This document shows, in pieces, positions 48,671 through 59,405 of a DNA stretch of 64,000 bases; the first letter of the stretch is position 1, and each line of letters opens with the position of its first letter. The notes beneath the pieces are model-generated. The model searched no databases, was not told the DNA's origin, and saw only the letters and a list, made by a program, of their open reading frames with translations. Position numbers and translations under genes: made by a program. This stretch comes from Octopus sinensis (Eukaryota). Where the stretch lies: positions 44,392,001 to 44,456,000 of the forward strand of contig NC_042999.1 of NCBI RefSeq assembly GCF_006345805.1. Direction: 5' to 3'.

Positions 48671-51402
48671 CTGAAAATAAAGATTTTAAAAAATACATTT
48701 TAAAAATGATTTATTTTCTGTATGATGCAACTTCCTTAACCCTTTCGTTACCAACACGGCTGAAACCGGCTCTGGCTCTGTGTACGAATGTCTTGTTTCC
48801 ATAAGTTTTAAATTAAAATCTTCCACCAAACCTTTGTCACAATTTATGTTCCTAACACTAGCTGAATGATAACTAAGTTATTTTACTAAATTCTTTGTTA
48901 TGTTTAAAATTAATTGAAAGAAACACAGAGCATCTCAAAATAAATACAGTAACGAAAGGGTTAAACGGCTGTTTGAAAACATATCCAAAACAATTAAAAC
49001 AAACAAGTAATGAAACTTTAGTTTATAGATTGCCTCAGTCTAAAACTGGAATGAGCAGGAGCCAAAGGGGAGCCTCTACTTAATTGATCTGCTAGAAATC
49101 TTCCTCAAATTGTATTACCATTTTAAATAAAAGATACTGACAAATGTAATCTCTAATATACAAGAAGATAGGATGGAACACTTGCTTGATAAGGGTTTTT
49201 CTGGGACTAAACTAGGATATGCCACCTCTTTAGAATTGCTCAATAATCAAATATATAATATTGAGCAATTCTAAAGAGGTGGCATATCCTAGTTTAGTCC
49301 CAGAACAACTCTTATCAAGCAAGTGTTCCATCCTTGATTTAAACCTTTCATTACTGTATTTATATTGAGAGGCTCTATGTTTCTTTTAATTACTTTAAAT
49401 ATAATGGGCATGGCTGTGTGGTTAGGGAGCTTGCTTCCTAACTACATGGTTTCGGGTTCAGTCCCACTGCGTGGCAGTTTGAGCAGGTGTCTTCTACTAT
49501 AGCTCCGAGCTGACCGGAGCTTTGTGATTGAATTCGGTAGGCAGAAGTTACTGCCGTGTGTGTATGTGTGCGTATGAGGCTCAGTGCCTCTCCGAAAGAG
49601 AGAGAGAGAGAGGGATAACCAAGAATTTAGTAAAATAACTTAGTTATCATTAATCTAATGTTAGGAACATAAATTGTGACTAAAGTTTGCTGTAAGATTT
49701 TAATTCAAAACTTATGGAAACAAGACATTTGTACTCAGAGTCAGAGCCGGCTTCAGCTGGGTTGGTAACAAAAGGGTTAATGATTATGAGTAAACTACTT
49801 CATCATATGCCTCTTATAATAAGAGTTTATCACATCAGAACAAAGAAATTTGCCATGACTTACTGTAGTTATCCTGGTTGATGTAAAGGAAGTAACAGGA
49901 GTCTGTTCAACGCCTTCATTAGAAAGCTCTGTGACAACTGATGGGCTGTCAACGACCTCTTCCAGTTGAGTTGTACTGTCTTCTGTAATTTCTTTTGTAA
50001 CATCTTCACTTGGTGGTACGGTTTCCAAATCTTCAGCTGGAGTTACAGTTTTTTCTTCAGGTGGAGCTATTATTGGTGTGCTTTCTCGAGACGGTTTCTC
50101 TGGGGTGCCTATGTCTTTCTTTACAGGAAGCTTTGTTCGGGTGCGAGATCGAGAACGGGAACGTGATTTTGAGCGACGTCTCTGATAGCAAAACGAAAAA
50201 TTAAACATTTTAAATTTACCTTAAAATTCAAATATTTTAGCACTTTAAAAGAACTTGGATGAGTCAGAATTTAATCCTTTTGTGATATTTCAAATGAAAA
50301 ACACAACTATGTGTTTCAAAGATAAAAAATTTACAGGGTTCAGTAGCAGAATAACTTTCTCATTAAACTATGTTTGGAACTAGTAAATATAAATTTTTCA
50401 TTTAAATTTACGAGGGTAGATTTTTATTCAAATATGAACCTTTTAAAAATGGACAGTTTGTATAATCAAATTTGGTACCAAAAGGATTAAACAACATATA
50501 GGCTTGGATATAATTTCACTATAATAAAATGAATCAAAACAGCTGTCAAAGATGTTGTCATATTTTATAATTAATAAATAACACTTTATTAATTACCTCT
50601 CCATTTTCTCCTTATTCTTTATGATAAATACAAATATCAGTGGCAACTCCGCCACTCGGGCTGTTCAGGCTTAGCCTGAGTATAAATTTAGTGAAGTGAA
50701 TGTGTATTTGCAAGCTGATTTAATTTCTCTCAACACTGACTTCAAGTATGTAATTGCAGCCAATAACTCAGGCCCCTTTGATTGAGCCTGGCCACAGTTC
50801 ATTTATTTTTGTTCAGCATCTGGCGATCGTTTTAGAGGTGCCCTGTGTCAAAAACATCATTCGTAGCAGACACTCTTTCAACATCATTCACATGTACCTG
50901 ACTCAAAAGTTACAGCCTGAGTTGTTATCTATAATCGTAAAACTTAAAAGTAATTCAAATTCAATGTTTTCTTGAAACAACATATTTCTATAGAGATTAG
51001 GGTTTAAATTCCAATCTATGAAAAGTTTCCATTCTTAAAGGAACTAAAACTTATCCAGCAGCTGCAGGTAATACGAACAAGCCTAGTAGGTGTAAAAGAC
51101 TAACTGGTATCTCTTGTCAAGAGTACAGGCGATAGTCAGATCGCTGATGTTTGTTGTGTACCCTGCTGATTTTATTTGATTGGTGTTATTCTGTGCATTT
51201 GTGTATAAAGATCAGTTGTATTTTGCAGGGTTGCTTTATTTTTACCATTAACTTAGAAATGGAGAAAGACAATGCTTGATATAAAAAATAAGCCACTTGG
51301 GGCTAGAAATAAAGCAGAAAAACATGAAATTCTACAAGCAGGTATGTGTTTTATGAGAAATCTGTGATAAGCCTGAGTGACACTGATCACCTGGAATTGC
51401 TT

Positions 51403-51452
<50 letters not shown>

Positions 51453-52178
51453 TACATATATATAAAGGTGTCTTTTCACAATTAACATCCAAAAGGCACA
51501 AATATAGTTGTGACTAAGGGTGCTAATCAGTATCAGTGTTGCTAGAAGCAAGAGTCAAAACAAATCTTAGCCATGGGTAAGCACTTATCTAATGACTGAC
51601 AAGGGAGACAAGCTCTCAACAGCAAGCGAGACAGAGCCAGATCCATGATGATTTCGGATTTTAGTCCTCATCAGTGACCTTTAACTGGTTGCCGAGGGTT
51701 AAAACTTAACATATTCATATTTTGAGTTCTATTTTATCCCCGTTTGCATCAACATACATACATTACATATAAATAGGGGGAGAGAATGTGTGCATATTTG
51801 TGCTTCCTTGTCTTAACATTGCGTGATTGTTATAAATGAATGTCATTCATTTCCAAAATGCCGTGGAACAAGTTTAGTCAAAGAGAAATATTACTTTGCT
51901 TGGAAACAGATAAAGGTTGGCAACAGGAAGGGTATCAAGCTATAGAAAATCTGGCTCAAACCCTGTCTGATTCATGCAAGCATAGAAAAGTGGACGTTAT
52001 GATGATGATGAACACTTACTCTAGTAGATTTATTTCTCTTGTACTCTTCCAGAAGTGGTGTTGCACTTGTAAGATTTGATGCTGGTTCCCATGAGTCTTC
52101 TTCTGCACCAAAATTTTTCCATCGAATAAGGTATTCTATTTGCCCTCTTTTCTTCCTGTCTTTGAGCACAGCTCCAAT
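48350..52178 (-). CDS. Chromodomain + RS-rich + acidic linker + single C-terminal transmembrane protein (3' three coding exons: 52178-52020, 50181-49864, 48670-48350; N-terminal exon not found)
   Basis: Three GT-AG, all phase-0 exons (159, 318, 321 bp) join into a 265-aa open frame ending in TAA at 48350-48352. Confidence 0.85.
48740..48960 (+). mobile_element. piggyBac-like TTAA MITE
   Basis: TTAA|ccctttcgttac...gtaacgaaaggg|TTAA. Confidence 0.88.
49170..49334. repeat. Foldback: 76-bp inverted arms (2 mismatches), 13-nt loop
   Basis: 49170-49245 versus reverse complement of 49259-49334. Confidence 0.92.
49619..49776 (-). mobile_element. Partial inverted copy of the same TTAA MITE
   Basis: Reverse complement of about 48740-48897; ends gtaacaaaaggg|TTAA. 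Confidence 0.8.
49864..50181 (-). CDS. RS-rich and S/T-P/acidic exon (RRRSKSRSRSRSRTRTKLPVKKDIGTPEKPSRESTP...TRITT)
   Basis: Acceptor ttttcgttttgctatcag, donor GTAAGT; open 106 codons within ORF 49795-50208. Confidence 0.85.
51635..51679 (-). ncRNA. Minimal type I hammerhead ribozyme motif
   Basis: GGUCA-CUGAUGA-GGA(CUAAAA)UCC-GAAA-UC(AUCAUG)GA-UC-UGGCU: both conserved core boxes, three stems and an AUC cleavage triplet. Confidence 0.55.
52020..52178 (-). CDS. Chromodomain exon (IGAVLKDRKKRGQIEYLIRWKNFGAEEDSWEPASNLTSATPLLEEYKRNKSTR)
   Basis: Classic chromodomain signature YLxxWKxF...D-SWEP; acceptor tttatttctgtaattgaag, donor GTAAGT. Confidence 0.92.
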
Positions 52179-52242
52179 CTTCAATTACAGAAATAAAAAC
52201 AAATTTTTTTTACAAACACAATTTATTTTAAAATGTTTAAAG

Positions 52243-52443
52243 CAGTAGTTCTCAAGCATGGTCCAGTTAAGATTTTGTTAAAATTTATCTTTTATAAATT
52301 TGTTATACTAAATAATTTGTTATATTCACAAAATATTTTAATACAATTCCAAATAATTAATTATAAAAATATGTTTATCTAAGTCCATCTAAGTAAAATA
52401 TGAATCAAAGGGTTCACAGCCATGAAATGGTTGAGAAACACTG
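52243..52443. mobile_element. hAT-like MITE (related copy 32993-33235)
   Basis: cagtagttctcaa...ttgagaaacactg TIRs; 8-bp flanks gtttaaag / ctttaaag (7/8 identical). Confidence 0.7.
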
Positions 52444-55400
52444 CTTTAAAGATAAGATTACTAGAAAGGATTTTTTCCTTTTTTAATTGTAAAAAAGTTA
52501 ATTGTAACTCATTAACTAGAATGCCAGAAAGAATGTGAGCTGAATCTCTGGCTGCATGTATTCTTTCTCTTCACCCACCAATGTTTTGCCAGCATTAGGT
52601 TTGAGAAGCAGCAATGACTATTGAGAAGTAGACAAGTCAACAAAAGAGCCTCTAATGCTTACTGGACTGCTAAAAAGAGCAGTCAAATATTTCTTTAAAA
52701 AATCTATCTTAAAAACGAGGAAAGATTGGACGATCATGACTGGAATATTGTGATCATAGATCAGCTGGATCAGAGACGACCTGAGGTTAAACAGAAACAC
52801 TAGCAAGATAGGAATTAATGATCTTCAAACAAAATCAAAAGTAAAAAGGAGCTATCATTGACCACTATTTACTACCTGTATTTCCACATTACAGAGGAGT
52901 CCAGAGCCAAATGCATGACACTAGTTTTCCAACAAAGATGATATATCATTGTTTATATTTTCTTAAAGCTAGCCTAGAGTCTTGTATTGTTAACTTCTGA
53001 CATGGACTTTCTCTACAAAACACTGATGTTCTAAACTTAAAGGATTTACCAACAAAACCATTTCAACCATAAGCTGTTAATTTTTCAGTCAAGATGTACA
53101 GGCCCAATAGTTAATTAGGTGAAATTGTATTCAGATATTTGGTAAAAGAGAAAATATATTGGTTGATGACCAATACTTTTTTTAACTGGTGAGGACTTAA
53201 GTAGTTTTTACTTTATTTATTATTTTTGTTTTTGCTTGTCTGCATTTCCAAGAGCAATTCCACAGCCTTACATTATCATCCCAAATTAAATGAGCAGCTA
53301 CACTCACACACACAAATGCCTATTAACCAAGATATTGTATATATGTTCGTGGAGGTGCAATGGCTCAGTGGTTACGGCAGCGGACTCATGGTCTTATGAC
53401 CGCGGTTTCGATTCCCAGACCGGGCATTGTGAATGTTTATTGAGTGAAAACACCTAAAGCTCTACGAGGCTCCGGCAGCAGGTGGTGGTGAACTCTGCTG
53501 TACTCTTTCACCATGTCTGTGGAGTGCTCAGCCACTTGCACGCTCATTTCATGAGTAGGTTGTTTCGTTGATCGGATCAGCTGAAACCCTCGTCGTCGTA
53601 ACCGATGGAGTGCCAACCACATTGTATATGTTTATATACCCGTCAGCATTCACCCAGAATGAGTTGAGATGGCTCCACCTAGTGATTTCAAAGCATTGTG
53701 AACAGAAGACCACCATGCTTAACAAAGATGTTTGATGCAGAAGTTGTTAACAAGCCTTTAGGTTGGATAGCAGTGGTACTGGACATCTAAGATGAAACTC
53801 CCATTGGCTTAAAAAGCTGGCTATACCATATGGCATAACCAAATAGATACCTTCTACTGAAGTAATACTCCCCCATGCAACATAACACTGGCACCACTAA
53901 ATAAGGATGAGTATGAAAGCAAGAGTTTGGCATTACATCCATTCAAATTGCTTGCCTTAAGACCAGCATGTGCTGCACTGCAACCCAGTGTGTACATGAA
54001 GCATTGATCTCTGCAGTTGCATATATTGATGGTAAGGCTCCATCTTCAAAATCTAGAGTATGCCTATCTCAATATTAGGGGCGATTCTTTGCTATAACCA
54101 CTGTGACTGCTAATGTTCACTGGCTGGACGTGATAGTATTGATGATACTATTACTGAGTGTGTATGCTTGTGTGTAGAGACTACATGTGAAACATTGAAT
54201 ATGTACGATATTCTGTTATTACTATACTCTTTTACTCTTTCTCTTTTATTTGTTTCAGTCACTTGACTGTGGCCATGCTGGAGCACCACCTTTAGTCGAG
54301 CAAATTCTATCAGTCTCTTTTGCCGAACCGCTAAGTTATGGGGACACAAACACACCAGCATCGGTTGTCAAGCAATGTTGGGGGTGACAAACACACACAC
54401 ACATATATGTATGTATGTACAACAGGCTTCTTTCAGTTTCCGTCTATCAAATCCACTCACAAGGCTTTGGTTGGCCCGAGGCTATAGTAGACAACACTTG
54501 CTCAAGGTGCCACACAGTGGGACTGAACCCAAAACCATGTGGTTGGTAAGCAAGTTACTTACCACACAGCCACTCCTATGCCTATACTCTAAATAATATT
54601 TATTAAGTGTTGTTACTATTGTAATTGCAACTTGAAACAATCCATTTTACACTTACATACATAAAATAAGAAAATTTCATCAAACAACATCTATTTGTAA
54701 TAGTACAATATTTTCTGGTATGACTCAGTGAATAACTTCAATAATTTATACAAGCTTCACACCCAACAAGATTCTTTATTCAATAATATTTTGTGGAAAT
54801 GCTTAAAACTAAGCATTCCTTGTATAATCTACTACTTATCTGTTGACATACCCGTTTCACACAAGTGGTAGAAGATAACTTTCAAGTAAATGAGAAAAGC
54901 ATGTCATCAAATTTAAATATTAATCTGCTTACTTAACCGTTTTGCATTCAGATTACTCTGTCAAATGTAATATTTATTCATAAAGTTCTGAATAACTCCT
55001 GCATTATCTCATAGCTTCAAGATTTTAATGACGAGAGTGTTTCTTTTTAGAATGACACTGTATAGTAGGTGTGAGAGACTAGATAGGTCTGGCCAGTTTG
55101 AACTTAAAACAGGTAGACTATTTAGGCCAGATACGGCCAGTTTAAATGCTAAAGGGCTAAGCTCACAAATTGAACCAATAATAATTCCCTATACTCACTA
55201 CATGAATAATATCAATGAGGTAGTATAACTTTTAGCCAATTAAGATTTGCTATTTTTCTACTACATTCATATCAACTGTTTACAAGTATTAAGCAGTATC
55301 TCTTACAACCAGCTGTCAACATTGCAACAGTTTTTGTTTCTCTAGACTTTTTTGCAGTCCTTATTTGCAATCCTTCTATTAACAAATTCAGCAGGCATGA

Positions 55401-56848
55401 TTTTCTTAATCTGCTTCCTTTCAATCCTACAGTGTCTTATTCTCCCAACACATCCTGTATTTATCAACAGCGTCCAGTGAATTGAAGTTTAAAGCATTTC
55501 TAAGTTAGTAACACAAGTTTGACATTTAATATTCAACTTCTGTCACCAAAATCTCAAATATTGGTCTAAGGGAAAGAACTTATTTAAATAGTTATTTAAA
55601 TAGTTAAATGAAGGCAGTATGTGAAAGAAGTGTTTAACCCTTTAGTATTCAGATTTTTCAGTCATATGTAATACTTATTCATTCACATTGTTTTAAATTG
55701 ATTATGCATTATCTAGTACTTAAATAATAACACTGCAATTTTCTCCTACTGTCTGCATTGAGAAACTAAAGAGAATTAATAGTTAACACCAAAAAAAAAG
55801 ATCACATACTCATTTTATAACTACATATTACATAATCTGCTACTGGACTACACAACAACCAAAATACTTAATTCAGACATCATTTATCACAGAAGGTTGG
55901 AATGACTAAGGCATTCATGGACCTGAAGTCCATATCTGTTGAGCATGTTTTGGCAAAATATCTGCTCAGACAATTCTATAATTAACTAGCTAGCTAGATA
56001 ATGGGTAATGTACTGAACTGTGAGAGATTAATATTCTAGCTAAAGGAAAATAGGTTTTTGGCATGTTTCACAACAAATATTGGCTTTAAAGGTTTGGCCT
56101 CATGACCTGGGTTCTTAATTCAACTCAAAGGAGTTGATTTGCCAGTGTGTGTACTAAAGAATGTGAATCTTTTGGGGTTGATACATTGGTTCTGATGTTA
56201 AAGAAAATGTTTACGCAGATCTAATTTTTCAAACCAATTAAGAATTTTTTTTTGTTTGGAAAGCTAGAATTTTGTAGTTTTAGTCAGTCACTCATCTGGT
56301 ATCTACATAATGAAAAGCATAATTGTTTTTCAGATGACATTAATTTTTGAGAAATTAATGATAGCTGGAGTTGAAAAACTTGGAAGAACACAATGGTAGT
56401 TCTTGTGTGAATAGAAAAGGTGGAGGTAAAAGTGCAAGTTGGTATTTTGATAGTGAACAGAACTGAAAATGTAAGGACTGATGGTGACAGAAATAGAGAA
56501 AAGTAATAGGAGTATTGGAGATGGTAGAGGTTAACTTTTCAAGATGGGTAAATGTTCATAAAAGAGATGAAAACAAGGGATTCCTCTTAAGAGAGTACAA
56601 TAGCACCGATACACTCATTGATAAAATTACCATGGAATTATGCTGAACTGGACAAAAATCTGGGCCCTTAATGTGGTTCATGAAAAAGTTAGCATCTTTA
56701 GTCCTCATTTTAGGACTAATGGTCATCTCCGCTTATTTTTAAAACTCAGTGGTGAAGGGGAAACAGTTGAGGGTAAAGAGGAGTCTAATTAGCTGAAGAA
56801 GAGTGGTAGCACTGGGTTCAAATGAAGGCAGCACATCAAAGTTCTTAA

Positions 56849-57063
56849 CCCTTTAGGATTCAGATTTTTCTGTCAAATGTAATACTTATTCATTCACATT
56901 GTTTTAAATTAATTATGCATTATCTTGTAGCTTCAAGATAATGATGATGTGATTATTTTTTTAGAATGATATTATAGGGTAGGTGTGAGAAGCTAGATCT
57001 GGCTGGTTTAAGCATGAAACAAGAATATTTGGGCCAGATATGGCCAGGTTAAATGCTAAAGGG
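56849..57063 (+). mobile_element. piggyBac-like TTAA MITE, second family (related pieces near 34140, 46015, 46860, 54935, 55636)
   Basis: TTAA|ccctttaggattc...aaatgctaaaggg|TTAA. Confidence 0.8.
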
Positions 57064-57071
57064 TTAAAGGC

Positions 57072-57410
57072 TCAGAGCCTGTTGTTGTAGACTATGACAG
57101 TGTAAAAGGATTTTACATCCATGATGAAAAGAAGTTGTGAAGGTTCAGGAGAGAAGGAAATGGAGTCGAGAAGGTTAAGTTCATGGTTGGTACCCTTAAT
57201 GACAGCAGAACAGTGATTAATGAGTGGTAGGAGTTTATTAAGGTAGCAGGAGAGAAGTTGAACAAGACAACTACAGAGAAAGATGATGAAGCAACCAGGA
57301 TAGCTGGGTCCACACACCTTTGGAAGAAAATAGATCTTAGAAGTACAAAGTTTGTTGATGAGATTCGTAGCTGTGGGAGGAATTTCAGAAGAGATTAGCA
57401 AGTTAATAGT
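57072..57410 (-). mobile_element. Penelope-like element RT fragment
   Basis: YFLPKV..P..PG..I...CSC...IK.TNH.L...LFIMDVKSFYTVI matches the PLE RT pattern YFLPKIHKP-PGRPIVS-CSC...LFTMDV-SLYT-IP. Confidence 0.7.
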
Positions 57411-58839
57411 ATAGGGATAATATTGAGTAATCAGCAAAGCTGAAATTTATAGATAAGATGACTTACAGAATATTTTATAATTTTGACAATACGATCTTCA
57501 AGCAGGTACAAAGTACAAGATGGTTAAGACTATATTGAAATTTAGAGGAGAGAACAAAAGCACATTCAAGAAAGAAATTTAGGCAAGTTTCTTTCTTTAT
57601 AAATAACATTGTGTATCTACCCTATTTACAAATGAAAAGATAGATGGGAAAAAAACTTTGATAACTGAAATAGTTTGTAGTTTACGATAAAGGATTTACT
57701 GTTATCAGGACAATAAATATTTGTGAAGAAGAGGAAGTCAACTACAGGAAACATTTTTCAATTAACATTTGAATAAAGTATTAGATATAGAACTTGTCTC
57801 CATTTTTTTTTTTTTTTGTATAAGTAACAAGGGATCGCTTTTATACTCAACCTAGTGACAAAAATTGAGATGAATGTACAAAATTATATTAATTAAACAG
57901 TTAAGATAATCAGACTTTTTTCAATAGATAATCAAACTATTGAAATCATTTTCACACCCGTAAATGGCTTGAAAATATCTATGTCATGGTATATAACCAC
58001 ACCTGTCAATCTTGTATTAGCTCATCTATCAGAAGTATAACATTTAAAAATTCAAGCACATTTTCTTTCACTCATAATGTAGAATTCATTCATATATCGC
58101 ATCTGTATGAAAACCAGCGACTTCTTGTATACATTATTAGGTGATGCTTTTAAATGGTCACATTTAATGCATTTTATTCCAGACATATTGTTACTGATTT
58201 TGCTTTTCATCCTTTAGGGCTCGATAAAATAACTACCAGTTGAGCACTCTAGTTAATGTAATCCTCAGAAATTGCTGACCTTGCACTATAATTTGAAAAT
58301 ATTATTATTATTTGGTCAGCTGTCAGAATTGTTAGCACACTGGACAAAATGCTTAGCAGTATTTCACCTGTCACTACGTTCTGAGTTCAAATTCTGTCAT
58401 GGTCAACTTTGCCTTTCATCCTTTCAGGGGTTGATAAATTAAGCATCAGTGAAACACTGGGGTCGATATAATCAACTAGCTTTTCAGGCCTTGTGCATTC
58501 TTGTTGCTATATTTCTCTCCTCAATGATAGTAAACTCGGCATTGCTTGTCCGATCTTTAGTATATGCTTTCTTAGACTTTCACGCCACTTGTCCCTGTTC
58601 CATAATGTTTCTGCCATTGTTTTCTAAAATTTTTGTTTTACTTATGTCTCTCACTGTTGCCATGTTTCTCCCCAACAATAGCAAACTGGCCATTGCTTGT
58701 CTTCTGTCTTTAGCATATGTTTTCTTAGACTCATGCTGCCCGATTCATTGTTTTGTGATATGCATAGCTAAGAATTTTTCTCCTTTTTTAATCGCCTCAT
58801 TCATTCACTCATCTAACCTGTAATACTAAGGTGATACAT

Positions 58840-59405
58840 TAAATAGAAATAATTACAGAGGTATCAAATTGTTGGATCAGGTGGTGAAAGTTATGGAGTC
58901 ATAGCCCAACTAATTAGGGAGAGAGTTAGCCTAGATGAGATGCAGTTTGATTTTGTGCCAGAGTAGCACCACTGATGTTATATTTCTGGTAAGAGAGCTG
59001 CAGGAGAAATACATAGCCAAAGATAAACCCTTATAATTGGCTTTTGTGGACTTGGAGAAAACCTTTGACAGGGTTCCCCAATCCCTTATCTGGTGGTCAA
59101 TGCAGAAGCTAGGGATAGATAAGTGGTTGGTAAGAGCTGTACAAGCTATGCACAGGGATACTACCAGTAAGGTAAGCAATGAGTACAGTGTAGAATTTGG
59201 GGTACAAGGAGGGGTTCACCAAGGATCAGGGCTCAGCTCCTTCTTGTTCATCATAGTCTTCCAGGCAATAACAGAGGAATTGCTCCTAGGAGCTCCTCTA
59301 CACTGATGACCTTGCTCTTGTAGCTGAATCACTACCAGAACTAGCGAAGTTCCAGAATAGAAGGACCTCAGAGTTAACCTAGTAAAACCAAAGTCTTAGC
59401 AAGTA
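58840..59405 (+). mobile_element. RTE LINE reverse-transcriptase fragment
   Basis: NNYRGIKLLDQ, AFVDLEKTFDRVP, GVHQGSGLSSFLF; same family as 25227-27580. Confidence 0.88.

Noticed and set aside
48350-52178. Calling the chromodomain-RS-TM gene lamin B receptor (LBR)
   Set aside because: The N-terminal domain is chromo rather than Tudor, and the frame stops right after one TM helix with no ERG4/ERG24 sterol-reductase sequence seen; only an analogy is supported.
57467-57529. 63-nt minus-strand segment with a good acceptor and GTAAGT donor, as the missing first chromodomain exon
   Set aside because: Stop codons in all three frames and no ATG; at most an untranslated exon, which cannot be supported without RNA data.
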